In this document: positions 31,656-47,803 of the stretch, one piece after another
Numbering within the stretch: position 1 is the stretch's first letter
Layout of the letters: each line of letters opens with the position of its first letter
From: the human T2T-CHM13v2.0 reference genome, Homo sapiens
NCBI RefSeq assembly: GCF_009914755.1
Contig: NC_060926.1
DNA: 64,000 nucleotides
Strand: one strand, 5' to 3'
Translations under genes and position numbers: made by a program
Notes under the pieces: model-generated
Database searches by the model: none
What the model saw: only the letters and a program-made list of their open reading frames with translations
Told to the model about the DNA's origin: nothing

Positions 31656-32442
31656 TCACTTGAACACTTAGAGGTCATCGTAGAGTTATTAATTGGCCTA
31701 ATTTCAATGTTGTTGTGTCTCAGGGAAAAGGGAAGCCTGAGGAGAGGGAGAGTGATGGGGGAAGGCCAGTGGTTGGAACATTCGGAACACACACAACATG
31801 TATCAATTAAGTTTGTCATCTTCTTTGGGCACAGTTTGTAGTGCCCCAATTACAATAGTAACATCAAATATCACTGACCAGAGATGATCATAACTGATAT
31901 AATAATAAAGAAGATGTTTGAAATACTGCAAGAATTACCAAAATGAAACAGAGGCACAGACTGAGCACATGTTGTTGGAAGCATGATACCAATAGACTTG
32001 CTTGAGGCGGGGTTGCCACAAATTTTCCATTTTAAAAAAAAGCGTGATATATGCAAAGAACAATAAAGCAAGGCACAATGAGATGAGGGTTGCCTGGCCC
32101 TATCTATGCACCTTCGTTGGAGCAGCCTAGGCTTACCTGAGGAGTCAACACAATTTGCATGTGTGGGGCAATACTAAAGGGAATATAGGTAAGTAGCAAC
32201 GGATGTGACATAGACAATGGCTAGAGGACTCCACACAAGGGAAATATCAAATGGGCCTGACCTCTCAGGCATGAAGAAGCTGAGCCTTGGGAGACATAGA
32301 TATGAATCACCTACACAGAACGTGAGCATTTCACACTGGGGGAAGTGAATGAGTAGAGACAGATGGAGCACTGAGCATGCCCTGAGATGCTCTGGAGAGA
32401 GAAGCAGCTTTTCTTCTGTTTGATAAAGTTGATCCCACCTTG

Positions 32443-32598
32443 CTTTTTTTTTTCTTTTTTTTTTGAGACAGGGCCTCTCTCTGTCGCCCAGGCTGGGGTG
32501 CAGTGGCCAGGTTGGTTTCAAACTCTTGGCCTCAAGTGATCCGCCCACCTCGGCCTCCCAAAGTGCTGGGAATCCAGGCAGGAGGCACCGCACCCAGC
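32443..32598 (-). mobile_element. Internally deleted Alu (3' tip joined to left arm)
   Basis: gtgcagtgg|ccaggttggt junction skips about half of the dimer. Confidence 0.85.
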
Positions 32599-33227
32599 CC
32601 CACCTTGCTTAAAGACTCTGTAATAGCTACCTTAATGATATGCTAATTTTCCTCATGTCATTTCTACTGGACCTAAACCTATAATTATATCCATTTATCC
32701 CATGAGGCCAATTACAAAGTCGAACCCTAGAGAAAACACATACCAAAACCAAAAAAAAAAAAAAGCTTTTCAAATTTTGCTTATTTACTCAGAAAACCTG
32801 AGTAATACTATTCGTGAGAATGGATTCTGTGGATGATAGATCATGCTAGATTGGGCTACATTGTAACAAGAATTCACTTTAGAGATTCCAAAGTTAAATG
32901 ATTAGGCAAACTAGGAGAGGTTCTAATGGTTTGCCCTAGGACATAATTCTAATTATGTCCTAAAATCTGGACTCAATAGTGACCTACACTAAATAAAGTT
33001 GAGATGTCAGGAATTCCTGAGTACAATGTAAAAGACTGTCTCCCCAGCCACTCCAGTGCCTGCTTGATAGCTTCAGGAACCCCGTCATCATGGAAGGAGG
33101 AATGAAGGGGACACTTGGGCTCAGCAAACAGACTTCACACCGAAGCTAATCTGCCTACGACCATGGCTGAGAGCCCAATCTGTCAACTCTGAGCTTCCAG
33201 TACGGTACAGGAACCCAAGGAGATTAG

Positions 33228-33631
<404 letters not shown>

Positions 33632-33635
33632 TTAG

Positions 33636-34028
<393 letters not shown>

Positions 34029-35353
34029 TGAAGAAATTTATTTTACAACGAAAGTAATAATGCAATAAGCCAGTGCTCACAGGATATATGGCAAGACCAG
34101 TGAATGCTTTTGCTGTGAAGCAGGTAACTTTATAGAATGGCAGAATGGCCTTCTGAACTCTCCAGTACCAGCCAAGAGACAGCACTTTGTAAAACTGGGT
34201 GTTGTCCTACCATGTGCAGGACACATGCTGTTAACAGGAATCGAATGGTATTTCGCCAACAACCAGAATTTATGTCTGGGTATCAATAAATAAAAGTGAG
34301 TGTGACAACTTCCACTTTAGATTTTTCGATCCAATTGCAAAATGTTTGTTTGCCATCCCTGTGATTTTAGATTCTGCTAGTTTAGAAACATGAATGTCCA
34401 AGAGAGAAATGTTTCATCAGAGCAATGCTTCTACCAGTTGAGGCTGGCACTCACCATTTCAGGCTCCTTACACAAAATCACTAAACAAGCAAATAATGGG
34501 TAGGGGCAGGGGGGAGGGGCAGTGTTACCATTTTATCTGAGGTCATTGATCCTGAGCATCAAGGGAAAATAGGATTTGTACTACATGAAACAGGCAGGTA
34601 GGAATGTTTGGAAATTAGGGGATCCTCTGAGGGCTCTTCTCATACTGCCTTGTTTAATGGTGAAAGTTACCAAAGGACTAGAGCAACCCTAGAGAAGTAG
34701 AGGACCATCAAGGGCTCCAATCCCTCAAGAATAAAGGTTTGGGTCACTCCACCAGGTAAAGCCAAAGGTGTGGCTAAGGGCAATGGGAACAGGAGATAAG
34801 TAAAGGTCAACTATGGCCTTATTTTTCTCCTTCCTTGGTGGGTTTTAAATATATAAGTATGTATACTAATTCTTTTTATGCCCCTTCATCCTTCTCCAAT
34901 TATTCTATATAATTGGTCAGTTACTTTTACAATTTATATATAATTTTCGGGATATAAAGATGGAATGGTAAACATCAAACAAAAATCTTGAATTTAGAGC
35001 TAACTGCAATAAATTGGGATCTGGGGCTTCCTCTTTTGAGGAGGGAGTAGCATGTTTTGTATAAGGGATAGTGGCATGGCTGTTCAGGTTGGAGATGTGA
35101 AGATAGAGTAAGGGTCTATGTTGACCTTGCACAGCCAGAAAGTGAACTGCAGGGAACTCCGTCATTTGAGCCTACTTTGAGTCTTTCAAACACACTCTCC
35201 CCACTTTAATCACTCCCCAAGTGTTAATCCTTCATCCCTCATATAGAATAATTTTTATATAGTGCATTGAAATTAGGCTATCAACAGGTGTATTAGCTTC
35301 TACCAATCAGAGATACATACACAAGACTTTATTTTGAAAATGAGTTTTCTATG

Positions 35354-35648
<295 letters not shown>

Positions 35649-36079
35649 TGAAAATCAGTTTTCTGAGAAAGACCAAGACAGGTATTTCACTGGCTCAAGG
35701 GCAGCAAAGGCAGCCTGGTGATGAAGTCAGTGGTGATGGCAGCTGTTTCCACCACCCACGGCAGAGGCTATGTTATGGCTCCAGTTCTTTTACATGCTCA
35801 ATTTTGAGGTATGGTTCTGGGAGCTTTCCAAAAAGGTAAGCCTAGCTTCTCTAAAACTTCTGTGGGTTTCAAATAGCCTTTGTGCTTCCCTTCCTACTTA
35901 AATTATCTAGCATGCATTCCACTGTTAGAACAAGGAAGGCTGATGCATATAGGAAAGTTTCATAGCTGTGCGCCTGTGGACAATTGGCCCTGCCACTCTC
36001 AGCCTCAGTTTCCTCATCTTTGAAAACTTTCAAGCACTGTTGTAAAAATTAGAAACGTTACAGGCAAAGTAACTTATAT

Positions 36080-36990
36080 CTAGGAAATACTTACATCATG
36101 ACTTCTCAATTCATCAAAATATATTCAAAGTCTACTTCTTTTCATGTGACCCAGGGTCATTATTATCGTGCACCTGGACTATTTCAGTCACTTCTTAATT
36201 AATCTTTTTCTACTCTATCCCCTCCTTACCCTCAAGTCTATTCTCATCACAATAGCCAAGATGACCCAATCAAAATTTAAGTCCACTTCAGTCACTCTTT
36301 TGCTCAACATGACCTAATGGTTCCCAGTTTCCGTCCTACTAACAATTCCTTTCAACAGCCTACAGGACCTCCAAGGCCATGCCCCCTAATACTTCCCCGA
36401 TCTCATCACTTTCTGCCCGTTGTTCATTCCCTCCTAGTCAGACTCACCTCCTTCCTATCCTTTTAACATGATACCCACACTCATTCTGCAGGCCTTAGCA
36501 TGCCTGTTCCTTTTCTCTGGAATACTCTTCCCCAAAATATTTGCATGGCTCATTGCTTCATCTCCTCCAAGTCTTTGCTCAAATGTTGCCTCTCAAGAAT
36601 GCTTACCCTCACCATCCTATTTCAAATAGTAAACCCTCGCACCCCCAGCACTCCTCATCCTATTCTATTTTTTTCTATAGCACTTACCACATTCTAACAA
36701 ACCACTGAATTTACTTTATTACATTTTTGCCTGACTTTCTACAAAGACTGACATTTTTGTCTCTTTTATTCTTTGACATTTCCCTAATGCCTGTAACTAG
36801 TACCTGATAAATATCTGTGAAATGAATAAATTGATCAAATGAATAATTACTGCTCCTACAACTGCTATCCTCCTGCATACAACATATGGTACCATATAAA
36901 TATTTGGTATTTATACATGACATATGGTACCTAATAAATACTTGTGGAATGAATAAACTGAATGATCAAATGAATGAATGAATGAATGAC
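36080..36990 (+). mobile_element. L2 3' region
   Basis: tctctggaatactcttcccc...tttgctcaaatgtt and (gaat)n tail typical of L2. Confidence 0.7.
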
Positions 36991-37819
36991 TGTTTCTATA
37001 ATTGCTGTATTACTACTACTGCTACTACCACTACTGCAGCCCTCTTCCTTGGCCCTTCCAACTTCATTTTCTACATTCACCTTGAAAAATTCTGCCTGAG
37101 CAAGAAGTCAGATTCAGAGCAGGAAGTTACTGAGCCAACAGCATAATCTTTCCTCAGGCTCCTACAACTGTAATGATAACTATCTCAAGAACACAAAGCT
37201 TTTAATTCTGAAATGCAATTTTGTTTGGGGGATAGGAGAAAGAGAAGGTAGAAGGAAGGTACTGGGTGTTTTCATTTGTTTGTACTAAAACATGCCCTGG
37301 TCAATGAAACCTAAAATGATTCATGCTAGATGTGCAACTTGTAAAGAATTAAGAGGTAAGGTAGATGGATCCCCCTTAAATTTTGAGAAAATCAGTGATG
37401 CATAGAGCTCATGCCACCCAACGTGGCAACGCACATGAATACTAAGTTCAACCTCTTGTAGTGGATGGTCAGGGACATTGGTGATAACAAAGATATTCAT
37501 GAGACAACTGGGGAAATTTGAATGCTGACTGGATATTTGATATTAAGTAATGATCTATTATTTTAGGATAAAGGTATTGTGGTTACTGATATATGCTGAA
37601 GTATTTATGAGAGAAATGATATAATACCTGGGATTTCCCTCAAAATAGTCAAGCTTCAGATGGGGGGAATGGAAGTGTGTAGATAAAACCAGACTGCGTA
37701 TGTGCTGATAACCATTTAAACTGGGTGATGGGTACATGAAACTTCATTACACTATTCTCTCTACTTTCATGTTTGAAAATCTTCATAGTAATGTCTTTAA
37801 ACATCCTTTTAAATCTACC

Positions 37820-38181
37820 AGGCTATAGGTAGATTTAAAAATTTTCTGACTGACAATTGGTTGAGTTTATCTGAAGACCTGGGATAAATAGAAAGGAAAT
37901 GTCTGGGTTAAGATAAAAGATTGTGGAGACCAAAGTTCTTATTTGCAGAGGAAGTCTTCAGGTAGCAGGCTTCAGAGAGAATAGGCTGTAAAACGTTTCT
38001 TATCAGACTTAAAGTCTGTGTTGATGTGAATGCCTGAGAGGTTTAATGAGGCATGTCCGACCCCCACTTCCTATCATGGCCTGAACTGGTCTTTCAGGTT
38101 TAATTTTAAGAGTGCACTGGCCAAGGACAAAGTCCATTCAGATAGTTGGGGGACATCTTAGAATTTTATTTTGGGTTGACA
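37820..38181 (-). mobile_element. Truncated MER4-group ERV1 LTR
   Basis: tgtggagaccaaagttctt...ggtagcaggcttcagagagaatagg; ends ttttgggttgaca. Confidence 0.75.
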
Positions 38182-38234
38182 GCTGAGTACCTATTTCAGA
38201 ATTGTGATAATGCAGTTGAAGATACTCTAGTCAG

Positions 38235-39507
<1,273 letters not shown>

Positions 39508-40547
39508 GATACTCTAGTCAGCAGGATTCCATGATTTTCACCAACAATATTCAGCTGCTAGGTATAGGTACAGGTAGAGACTTGGGTTTAAAAACAGAGC
39601 TGAAGTTTCATCAAGTGGGTACACAGGGTAGCTAAGGATATTTATAAAGGAATGGTTGTAGTGCTGGACCACTGCATCTTAGCTGAGTAAGAAGGCAAGG
39701 AGATGAGGGCAATATGTATGAACAAGCAGTAGGGTGAAAGGATAAGGCTTCCATGAGATTAGAGGATTGTTTGAAAGGAAACACTGCAGTCAATGAACTG
39801 AAAGGAAGCCATAAAATCTAGATTTGGGAGGTAGTAATGACATAGTAGAAGGGTATGACTTATGAATGAGTAGACATGGAGGACAGGAGGTCTTTTGGGG
39901 GCTGAAGAAATCAAGGGATGGGATGGGTCACTCATGTGGCATTAAGGATCCAAGAATGACCACAGAAGGAACAAGAGAAAAAGGCTGGAAGCCAGGTGCC
40001 AGAGTTATCAACGAAGGAGGAGGGGTGGTAGGGAGGTCAGTAAGATTGCCCACAGTAAGTTGGGGTGACAAGTGGAAAAGTCTGATAACTTTAAAGAAGC
40101 TGTTTTATTTGTTGTTTAATAGAAAAAAGACTTGAAAGGGTGCAATGGAGCACAGGAACATCACCTCTGTTAGGACCAGCAGTAGCTAGGGAGGGAGCAA
40201 GTCAGCCTTGAGAGGGCTGCAGGGGAGACATTCTACTAGGGGAATAGAAGACACCAGGGTTTCAGTTAAAGTGAAAAATGAAGAGAAAGCACACACAGAG
40301 AAAAAGTGTTTTGGCAAATTGCTAATAACAGACCGTGGATTATAGAGAACACAAAAGACAGGTGTGGGAGGCCGTGGAAGAGTTGAAGGTGGGGTTAGAT
40401 TAGGTAGTGGTTCTCAGTCCTAGCCGCACAACAGAATCATCTGGGGAACTTTTGAAAGTACTGATGCCTGCACACAGATCAACTGAATTAGAATCTCTAG
40501 GGGGTAAGGCCAGGGTATGTACAGCCCAGTAACCAAACTTTCAAATA

Positions 40548-40873
40548 CAGTCATCCCCCAGTATCCATGGGCGATCAGTTCCAGGATCCCTGTGGATACC
40601 AAAATCCACAATGCTCAAGTCCCTTACAGAAAATGGCCTGGTATTGGCATAGAAGCTACACATATCCTCCCATATGATTCAAATCATCTCTAGATTACTT
40701 ATAACTAATACAACGTCAGCGCTATAAAACTAGTTGTTTAGGGAATAATGACAAGGAAAACAAGTCTGTATTGTACATGCTCAGTACAGATGCAACCATC
40801 CACTCTTTTCAATTTTCCACCCCAGGCTGGCCGAATCCATGGATGCAGAACCCACAAATACAGAGGACTACTT
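40548..40873. mobile_element. MER2 (TcMar-Tigger MITE), preceded by a MER5-like fragment (~40404-40530)
   Basis: TA|cagtcatcccc...gttccagga...ccaaaatcca...tgctcaagtccct. Confidence 0.8.
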
Positions 40874-41269
40874 CCTTGTACACACTAACACAAGTAACAG
40901 ATGAGAAGGGGGAAAATGGCATCAGTGTTTATCTCTGATGAGTACATCAAAATCTTAAGGGTGAATGTCTTTATACTTTCAGATTTTCTTGTGCATTTTT
41001 CAGATTGAATTAAAAAAGGGGGCTTTTGTTTGAGGGGGATTGCTTAAAGAAAGGGGTTTATAGTACAGTCTCAATTTCTACTGTTTACACATGGAATTTA
41101 TTTGGTCTGTCTGACCCAATCTGTTTCTGGTAAAGGTGCATGAAATGAGCTTTGAAAAAATATCTAAAACTTAAAAATAAAGGAAAAGGCAGTAGATCAT
41201 GTCCTTTCAAAGTCATACAGGGACATTGCTTAACATGCCTATCAAGAAGGCTTCTAGGCAAATTGCTGA

Positions 41270-41815
41270 AGAAATGTATATATTTCTTTATGCATTGAAT
41301 CCTAGCAGATTGTGTGTGTATGTATAGTGTGTGTGTATATATATATATACAAACACACAATGAACTATTATTCAGCCTTAAAAAAGGAGATCCTGCCGTT
41401 TGTGACAAGGAACCTAGAGGACGTTATGGTAAGTGAAATGAGTCAAACACAGAAAAATACTGCATGATCTCACTTATGTGTGGAATCTAAAAGTAACAGA
41501 AAGAAAGAGGAAAAAAAATCAAATACACAGTAACAGAGAGTAGAATGGTGGTTACCAGGAGCAGGGGAAATGGGAAGATGTAGGTCAAAGGGTAAGTCTA
41601 GAGATCTAACGCACAGCATGAGGACTACAGTTAATAATATTGTATTGTGTATTGGAAATCTGCTAAGACAGCTTTTAGATGCACTTAGTACAAAAAAAAA
41701 AAAGGAGGGGGTAACCATGTGAGATGATGAATATGTTAATTTGCTTGACTATAGTATCATTTCACTATATAAAATGGCATATTACATACTTTTAATATAT
41801 GTAATTTTTAAAAGT
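41270..41815 (+). mobile_element. L1M 3' end fragment
   Basis: tattcagccttaaaaaa...tactgcatgatctcacttat L1 3'UTR. Confidence 0.75.
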
Positions 41816-42754
41816 TAACATATAATGAGCTTATTTTTTAATGTTTTAACATTTTTGTTTTAATTTCTAATAAGATAAATATTGGCAGATCATTTGGAGG
41901 CCTCAATTTTTAAGAGCCAAAGGGGATCCTGAGACTCAAGTCTGAGACTCACTGATCTATATTTGTTTGGCGTTGCCATTTACTACTAAGGGCGCACATT
42001 ACTCAGCATACTCATTTCAAAATGCCCTTCCTGGTGGACTACATAACTCCTATTTCTCAAATTCTGCTTTGAAACAGCCTTTTGCCATCTCCGGTTTCCT
42101 CATTAAGAAGTTGAATAAATTTTATTATGTATTCATTGTGTATTTGGACAACAGTCATGTATAATTTTAAGGATTATACTTTGATAGAAGGTACGATCTG
42201 CTGATTTATACAATTTAGTCCTGAGTTTCTTTTCTCTGTATTCAAAAGCTGATGAAAGAACAGGGAACATTATGAAGTCTCATAATCATTCTTAAACATT
42301 TCCCTAATGAAATGAAAGAAGACTGCAATCATCAGCTATGTCTAAAACTATTGTGTTCCTTCACAAAAGTATTTAAAAGGAAAGAACAAGTACAAAGTTT
42401 GTGAAGCAAAATGACATAGTTTTGAAAGAAGATCCAAGCTTGAGAATGGGTCTCTAATTTGAGAGATAACATTTACTTTAATATGGAAGAAGAGCACACT
42501 TTCAATCTATTGCCAAGATCTTTCCTTCCCAATACAAGCTCCACCTTCCTCCCAGGGAAACAACACAGTACAACAACATAATTTCAGCTCTGTCTGTGCA
42601 GAAAGCTTTCTTAGTCAGGAAGGTATAAAAACAGCAGGAGAAATCCATAATTCTGCTACTCATTAGGAAACACTTAACACTGATCTCAGGCTTCAGTATG
42701 CATTAGAATTATCTGAGAGACCTGGTAGAAATACAGATTTAAATTCACTATGCA

Positions 42755-42904
42755 GGGTGGGAGGGATAGCATTAGGAGATATACCTAACATAAAAGATGA
42801 GTTAATGGGTGCAGCACACCAGCATGGCACATGTATACATATGTAATGAACCTGCACGTTGTGCCCACGTACCCTAGAACTTAAAGTATAATAAAAAATA
42901 AATA
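42755..42904 (+). mobile_element. Extremely 5'-truncated L1PA (~150 bp)
   Basis: L1PA 3' tip with perfect 15-bp TSD taaattcactatgca. Confidence 0.93.
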
Positions 42905-42981
42905 AATTCACTATGCAATGTGGGGGCGGGTGGGGGGCGGCCACACAGCACTCCAGGTGACTCTAATCGAAAATAAAAAGC

Positions 42982-43105
42982 GAGCCAGGTGGAGTGGTGC
43001 ATGTCCATAGCCCTAGCAACTTGGGAGGCTGAGATGGGAGGACTGCTTGAGCCCAGGAGTTTGAGACCCCACCCCATCCCTTAAAAAATAAAAAATAAAA
43101 ATAAA
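42982..43105 (+). mobile_element. Alu monomer (FLAM/FAM-like)
   Basis: Single arm with A tail. Confidence 0.75.
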
Positions 43106-43768
43106 AATTCATACTTTGGGAAACTATACTAAAGTATTAGAATTGGCCGCATAGCTGTTGTGTTTTTCTAAGAATCGTCCGTGTAACCTTAATATCTAAA
43201 TGTCAAGCCCCTCTACCTGATCTGAAAGGCCCTTCACCATCTTGCCCAGGTCTTTAAACTTCAATTCCACTCCTACATCCGTCTCTGCCCTTCAGTAACT
43301 CCCTAGTACAGCCACGCTGAACCATTTCTGTATTCCTTCCTGATATCCACCCTTCTCTCTCTTTCCTCTTCTCTGGGTGGGACTATTTATTCTTCACAGC
43401 GGTGTGATAGGGTGGGTAAGTACATAGCTCTCTGGACTCTAAAGCCAGTAGACCTGGTTTCCAATCCCGGAGCACCCTCACTTTGGTAAATGTGGTTGAC
43501 CTCTCTGAACCTGAGATGCCTCCTCTATAAAATCAGAGATAAGAATACCCACCCCAAGGCTATTGCATGAGCACTGGCAGCATTCAGTATAGATGCTAAA
43601 CATGTTTATACCCCCCAACACACAGAAAACCTTCAGTCTTCCCAGGAAAAACTGCCCTGTCCTCTCTAAATAATATAAACATCCCTCTTGGAGATAAACA
43701 CACATTATACAGGCCTGTAAACCCAATTCTGGTAGGACTTATAAGCAGATACTTAGGAAAATGCATTA

Positions 43769-44152
<384 letters not shown>

Positions 44153-45236
44153 TTATTTTACCAGAGGGTTTTTAATGATCATATTCCTTCATAGTTTGAT
44201 TATTTTGATGCCAAGGGCAGAAAAAGCAACCACTGATATTTAGGATCCCACAGTTGCCAAATAACCACTAAGCTTACCTACAGCAGGTGGCATATGCCTA
44301 AGTATGGAAGGCAGATTGAGGTGAAGTTGACTAATCCAGTCCATGTTAAAACATTCTGAGCATTTAGTATGCACAAAAATGTTTGATAATGTAAAAAAAA
44401 AGTGCACAAAGTATGGTTTCTTCTTTCCGAGGAGCTCAACCCATTTAGGGGAAAGTACTGACAAATGCTTTCTTCCATAGACAAAAATAACAATGACCAC
44501 CATCCTCCAAAATTCACCTTGTTTATCCTCTTCAGGAAACAGAGGAAGTTAAAAATAAGTACGATTTAGAAGACAGGTGTTTGTTTACAAATATCAACGC
44601 CATAAAAAAGATTTAAAAGTCTGCCAGGATGTGGAAATTCTCATCACATCCTCCTAACATCTGTGAGGGGTAATATTATTCCTATTTTATAGATGAAGAA
44701 GCTGAGGCTCAACTGCTATATAAGCGTTAGCACAAATTCATGAAGCTTGCGTGGTGGAGCTAGAAACAAAGCTCAGTTTTAACCATAAGGTCATCTCCTT
44801 TGCTTAGAATTGAAATTTAAGCATTCTTCCAGATCTAGGTTGAGTTTTTAGGTAGTCTTCATGTTTTGTAACGGGCAAGTCTAAACCATGCCATTTTAGA
44901 TGACCTCTCTTGTCAGGGGCTGCAGACCCATTTGGCCAGAATGAGTATGTTGTTTACTAATTACCATAAAAATTTGTCAGAAAGTTAGAGAACTCTTAAA
45001 TAACAGCCCAAATGCCGGGGATGGGGTGGGGGTGGTCGGGGAGTAAGTTATGGACAAGCTTCAAGTACAGGTGGCCAAACAGTCAGAAGATGCAGCCTTA
45101 AAACAAGCAAAATTGAGGGCACGATTTTCTGTTCTTGTACCTGCTTCCCAAGCACCCTTTCTTCACATTTTATTTGATTCTCTCAACAATCCTATTATAG
45201 GAGGAAAACTGTCATAAAAAGAAAACTCTTAGCAGT

Positions 45237-45600
45237 TGTTTTAGTCCATTTTCACACTGCTGTAAAGACATACCCAAGACTGCGTAATTTATAAAAGGAG
45301 GTTTGACTCACAGTTCCACGACTGGGGAGGCCTCAGGAAACTTACAATCAAGGCTGAAGGCAAAGAGGCACGTCTTACGTGGCAGCAGGTGAGACAGATT
45401 GAATGAGTGAAGAGGGAAGAGCCCCTTATAAAACCACCAAATAGATCTCGTGAGAACTCACTATCACGAGAACAGCATGGGGGAAACTGCCCCCAACAAT
45501 CCAATCATCTCCCACCAAGTTCCACCTGGTGATTATGGGGGTTATGGGGATTACAATTCAAGATGAGCTTTGAGTGGGGACACAGAGCCCAGCCATCTCA
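45237..45600 (-). mobile_element. THE1/MST (MaLR) solo LTR
   Basis: tgttttagtcc...agccatctca; TSD gcagt/gcaat. Confidence 0.88.
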
Positions 45601-46870
45601 GCAATGATCCCAGGTCTATTGTTCTCTCCTTAAAACTCCACCTACCCTAAGAATCAAAGTAACCATTAAATAATTACATAATGACCTAGGAAAATATCCC
45701 ATTACATGAAAAAAAAAAAAAAAAAACATCATGTACAGGATAATTCTATTTTTATGTAAAACAAAAAACAAGTATGTTTTATGCATATACAGACTTGTCA
45801 ATAAGCAGAGGGAAGGTTTCAATAGCACACACCAAAGTAATGGTTCTCTCTCAGGTGTACAATCAAATGGACAGGAACATTTTCACTTTTTGCATCGATT
45901 CATTTTTTAGAGTGGTAATGTTATGGGTAATTTTCAGCTTGTTTCGGTATTAGCAAGATGTTACTTTCTCCACTTAGTGCCTCTAGGAATGCAGCCAAGA
46001 CAGTCCTTGCATCTTGAGTTGGGAACATTACTTATCATTGTCTGAAGCTTCAAACAGATTCAAACTTCTGGAGGTGTGTAGTAGAGTCCTAAGTTGCAAG
46101 CCTGAGATGCCCAAGGTTCTTTTTGATGGTTTCCTATCTATCACACAGGACTGCCATGAGTATGGAGAGTACTAACATACGTATGGAGGTGCCTTATTGA
46201 GCTATGCAAAGGCTGTGACTTCCCTCCCCTAAGCCCTTTCATGTGTATCTCTAGGCAGTTTGGACCTATTCAGCTGATACATTTGGCTGCAGATTTCACG
46301 ATCCTAAAAGGATATAAAAGTTGTATTTCACTGAGTACATTAAGGGCAGCTCAATTCCTCGGTCTAACTTCCAGCAAAATGTAAATCTGAAAGACAGGAG
46401 TTCCTAGGATCTAAGACTTCAGTAGAGAAGGTAAGGGAGCAATTCTCTGTGCTGCCTGGGAAACCCCCAATCTAGCTTTGACAGGAACCAATAACTGGAA
46501 GACTCCCCAAAGTCGCATTCTCTTTATGGCAGAGGCTCCCAACAGAATCCAAGTACAATAGTCATTTGATGAGTAATCTCTGGCCAAGTGAGAAGATGGC
46601 TACCAGACGCACAGCAACTCAAGCTAATTTTCATCCTCACTCCACGACTATCACACGAATGGAAAAAACCTGAGATGCGCAGATCCATTCTGGTCAAGTT
46701 AGAGGAAAGGAGGGAATCCAGGACATGAATGTTTAGGCTAAAGCTTAAAAGTGTGAAATGGACTTAAATCCTGTAGAGAATTGTCTTCTTTGAGTAAAGC
46801 ACTCTTTTCCGACAAGAAATGTAAGAAAGCCAATGGTCTAGATTTTATAACTTTTTAAAAGTAAGCTGTC

Positions 46871-46876
46871 TTTAAT
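46871..46876 (-). terminator. Candidate distal ATL2 polyadenylation signal (ATTAAA)
   Basis: ATTAAA on minus strand at the end of an AT-rich UTR-like tract, with U-rich downstream sequence. Confidence 0.4.
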
Positions 46877-47160
46877 TTCAGAAAATCTGCTATTATACAA
46901 CAAATTATTTTTTCATTCATAAAAAACAGTCCACAGCATTCATAAAACAGGGTGGCAGAAGAAATAAAAAGACACTTTTCAGGTGGATTCTTTAAGAACA
47001 GATAAGTTAGCAATTTAATACAGATGAAAACAAATACAATCCATATAAAAACAGAATCTGAATGGGAGTGGGAGCGAAGATGTATCAACCAAAGTAAATT
47101 CAGAGTTTTCACACATGCAACTCAACACCTGCATTCTCTTCGCTTAAAAAGCAAACTAAG

Positions 47161-47560
<400 letters not shown>

Positions 47561-47797
47561 TTAACAATCCCCATCTACAACTAGGCTAATCATAGGTTTT
47601 CCCTTATAGAGACAGACACAGAAAAGTAACTTTTTACAAGCTTAGTTTTGAGGTACAATGCCTTAGAGCTCTCAACTGGGGTGTTTCCTGCTCATGCTCT
47701 TTTCACTATAAACAAATGTGGTTTATGAAGTGGAATACATACTTGAAAAATTCCTTAAAAAAGAATCACAAGTTTCATTTTATATATACAACAAATT

Positions 47798-47803
47798 TTT
47801 AAT
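47798..47803 (-). terminator. Candidate ATL2 polyadenylation signal (ATTAAA), about 1.1 kb after the distal stop
   Basis: ATTAAA on minus strand followed by a U/GU-rich tract (ttgtgattcttttt). Confidence 0.55.

Larger units (their letters stand above)
28426..32096 (-). mobile_element. Near full-length Tigger1 DNA transposon interrupted by an Alu and an LTR5
   Basis: TA|caggcatacc...tgcctg termini; pogo-type transposase fragments (NIRDSWEEV...GIWKKL; [10 protein letters not shown]) in ORFs at 28898-29287; about 2.4 kb after removing the inserts. Confidence 0.92.
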
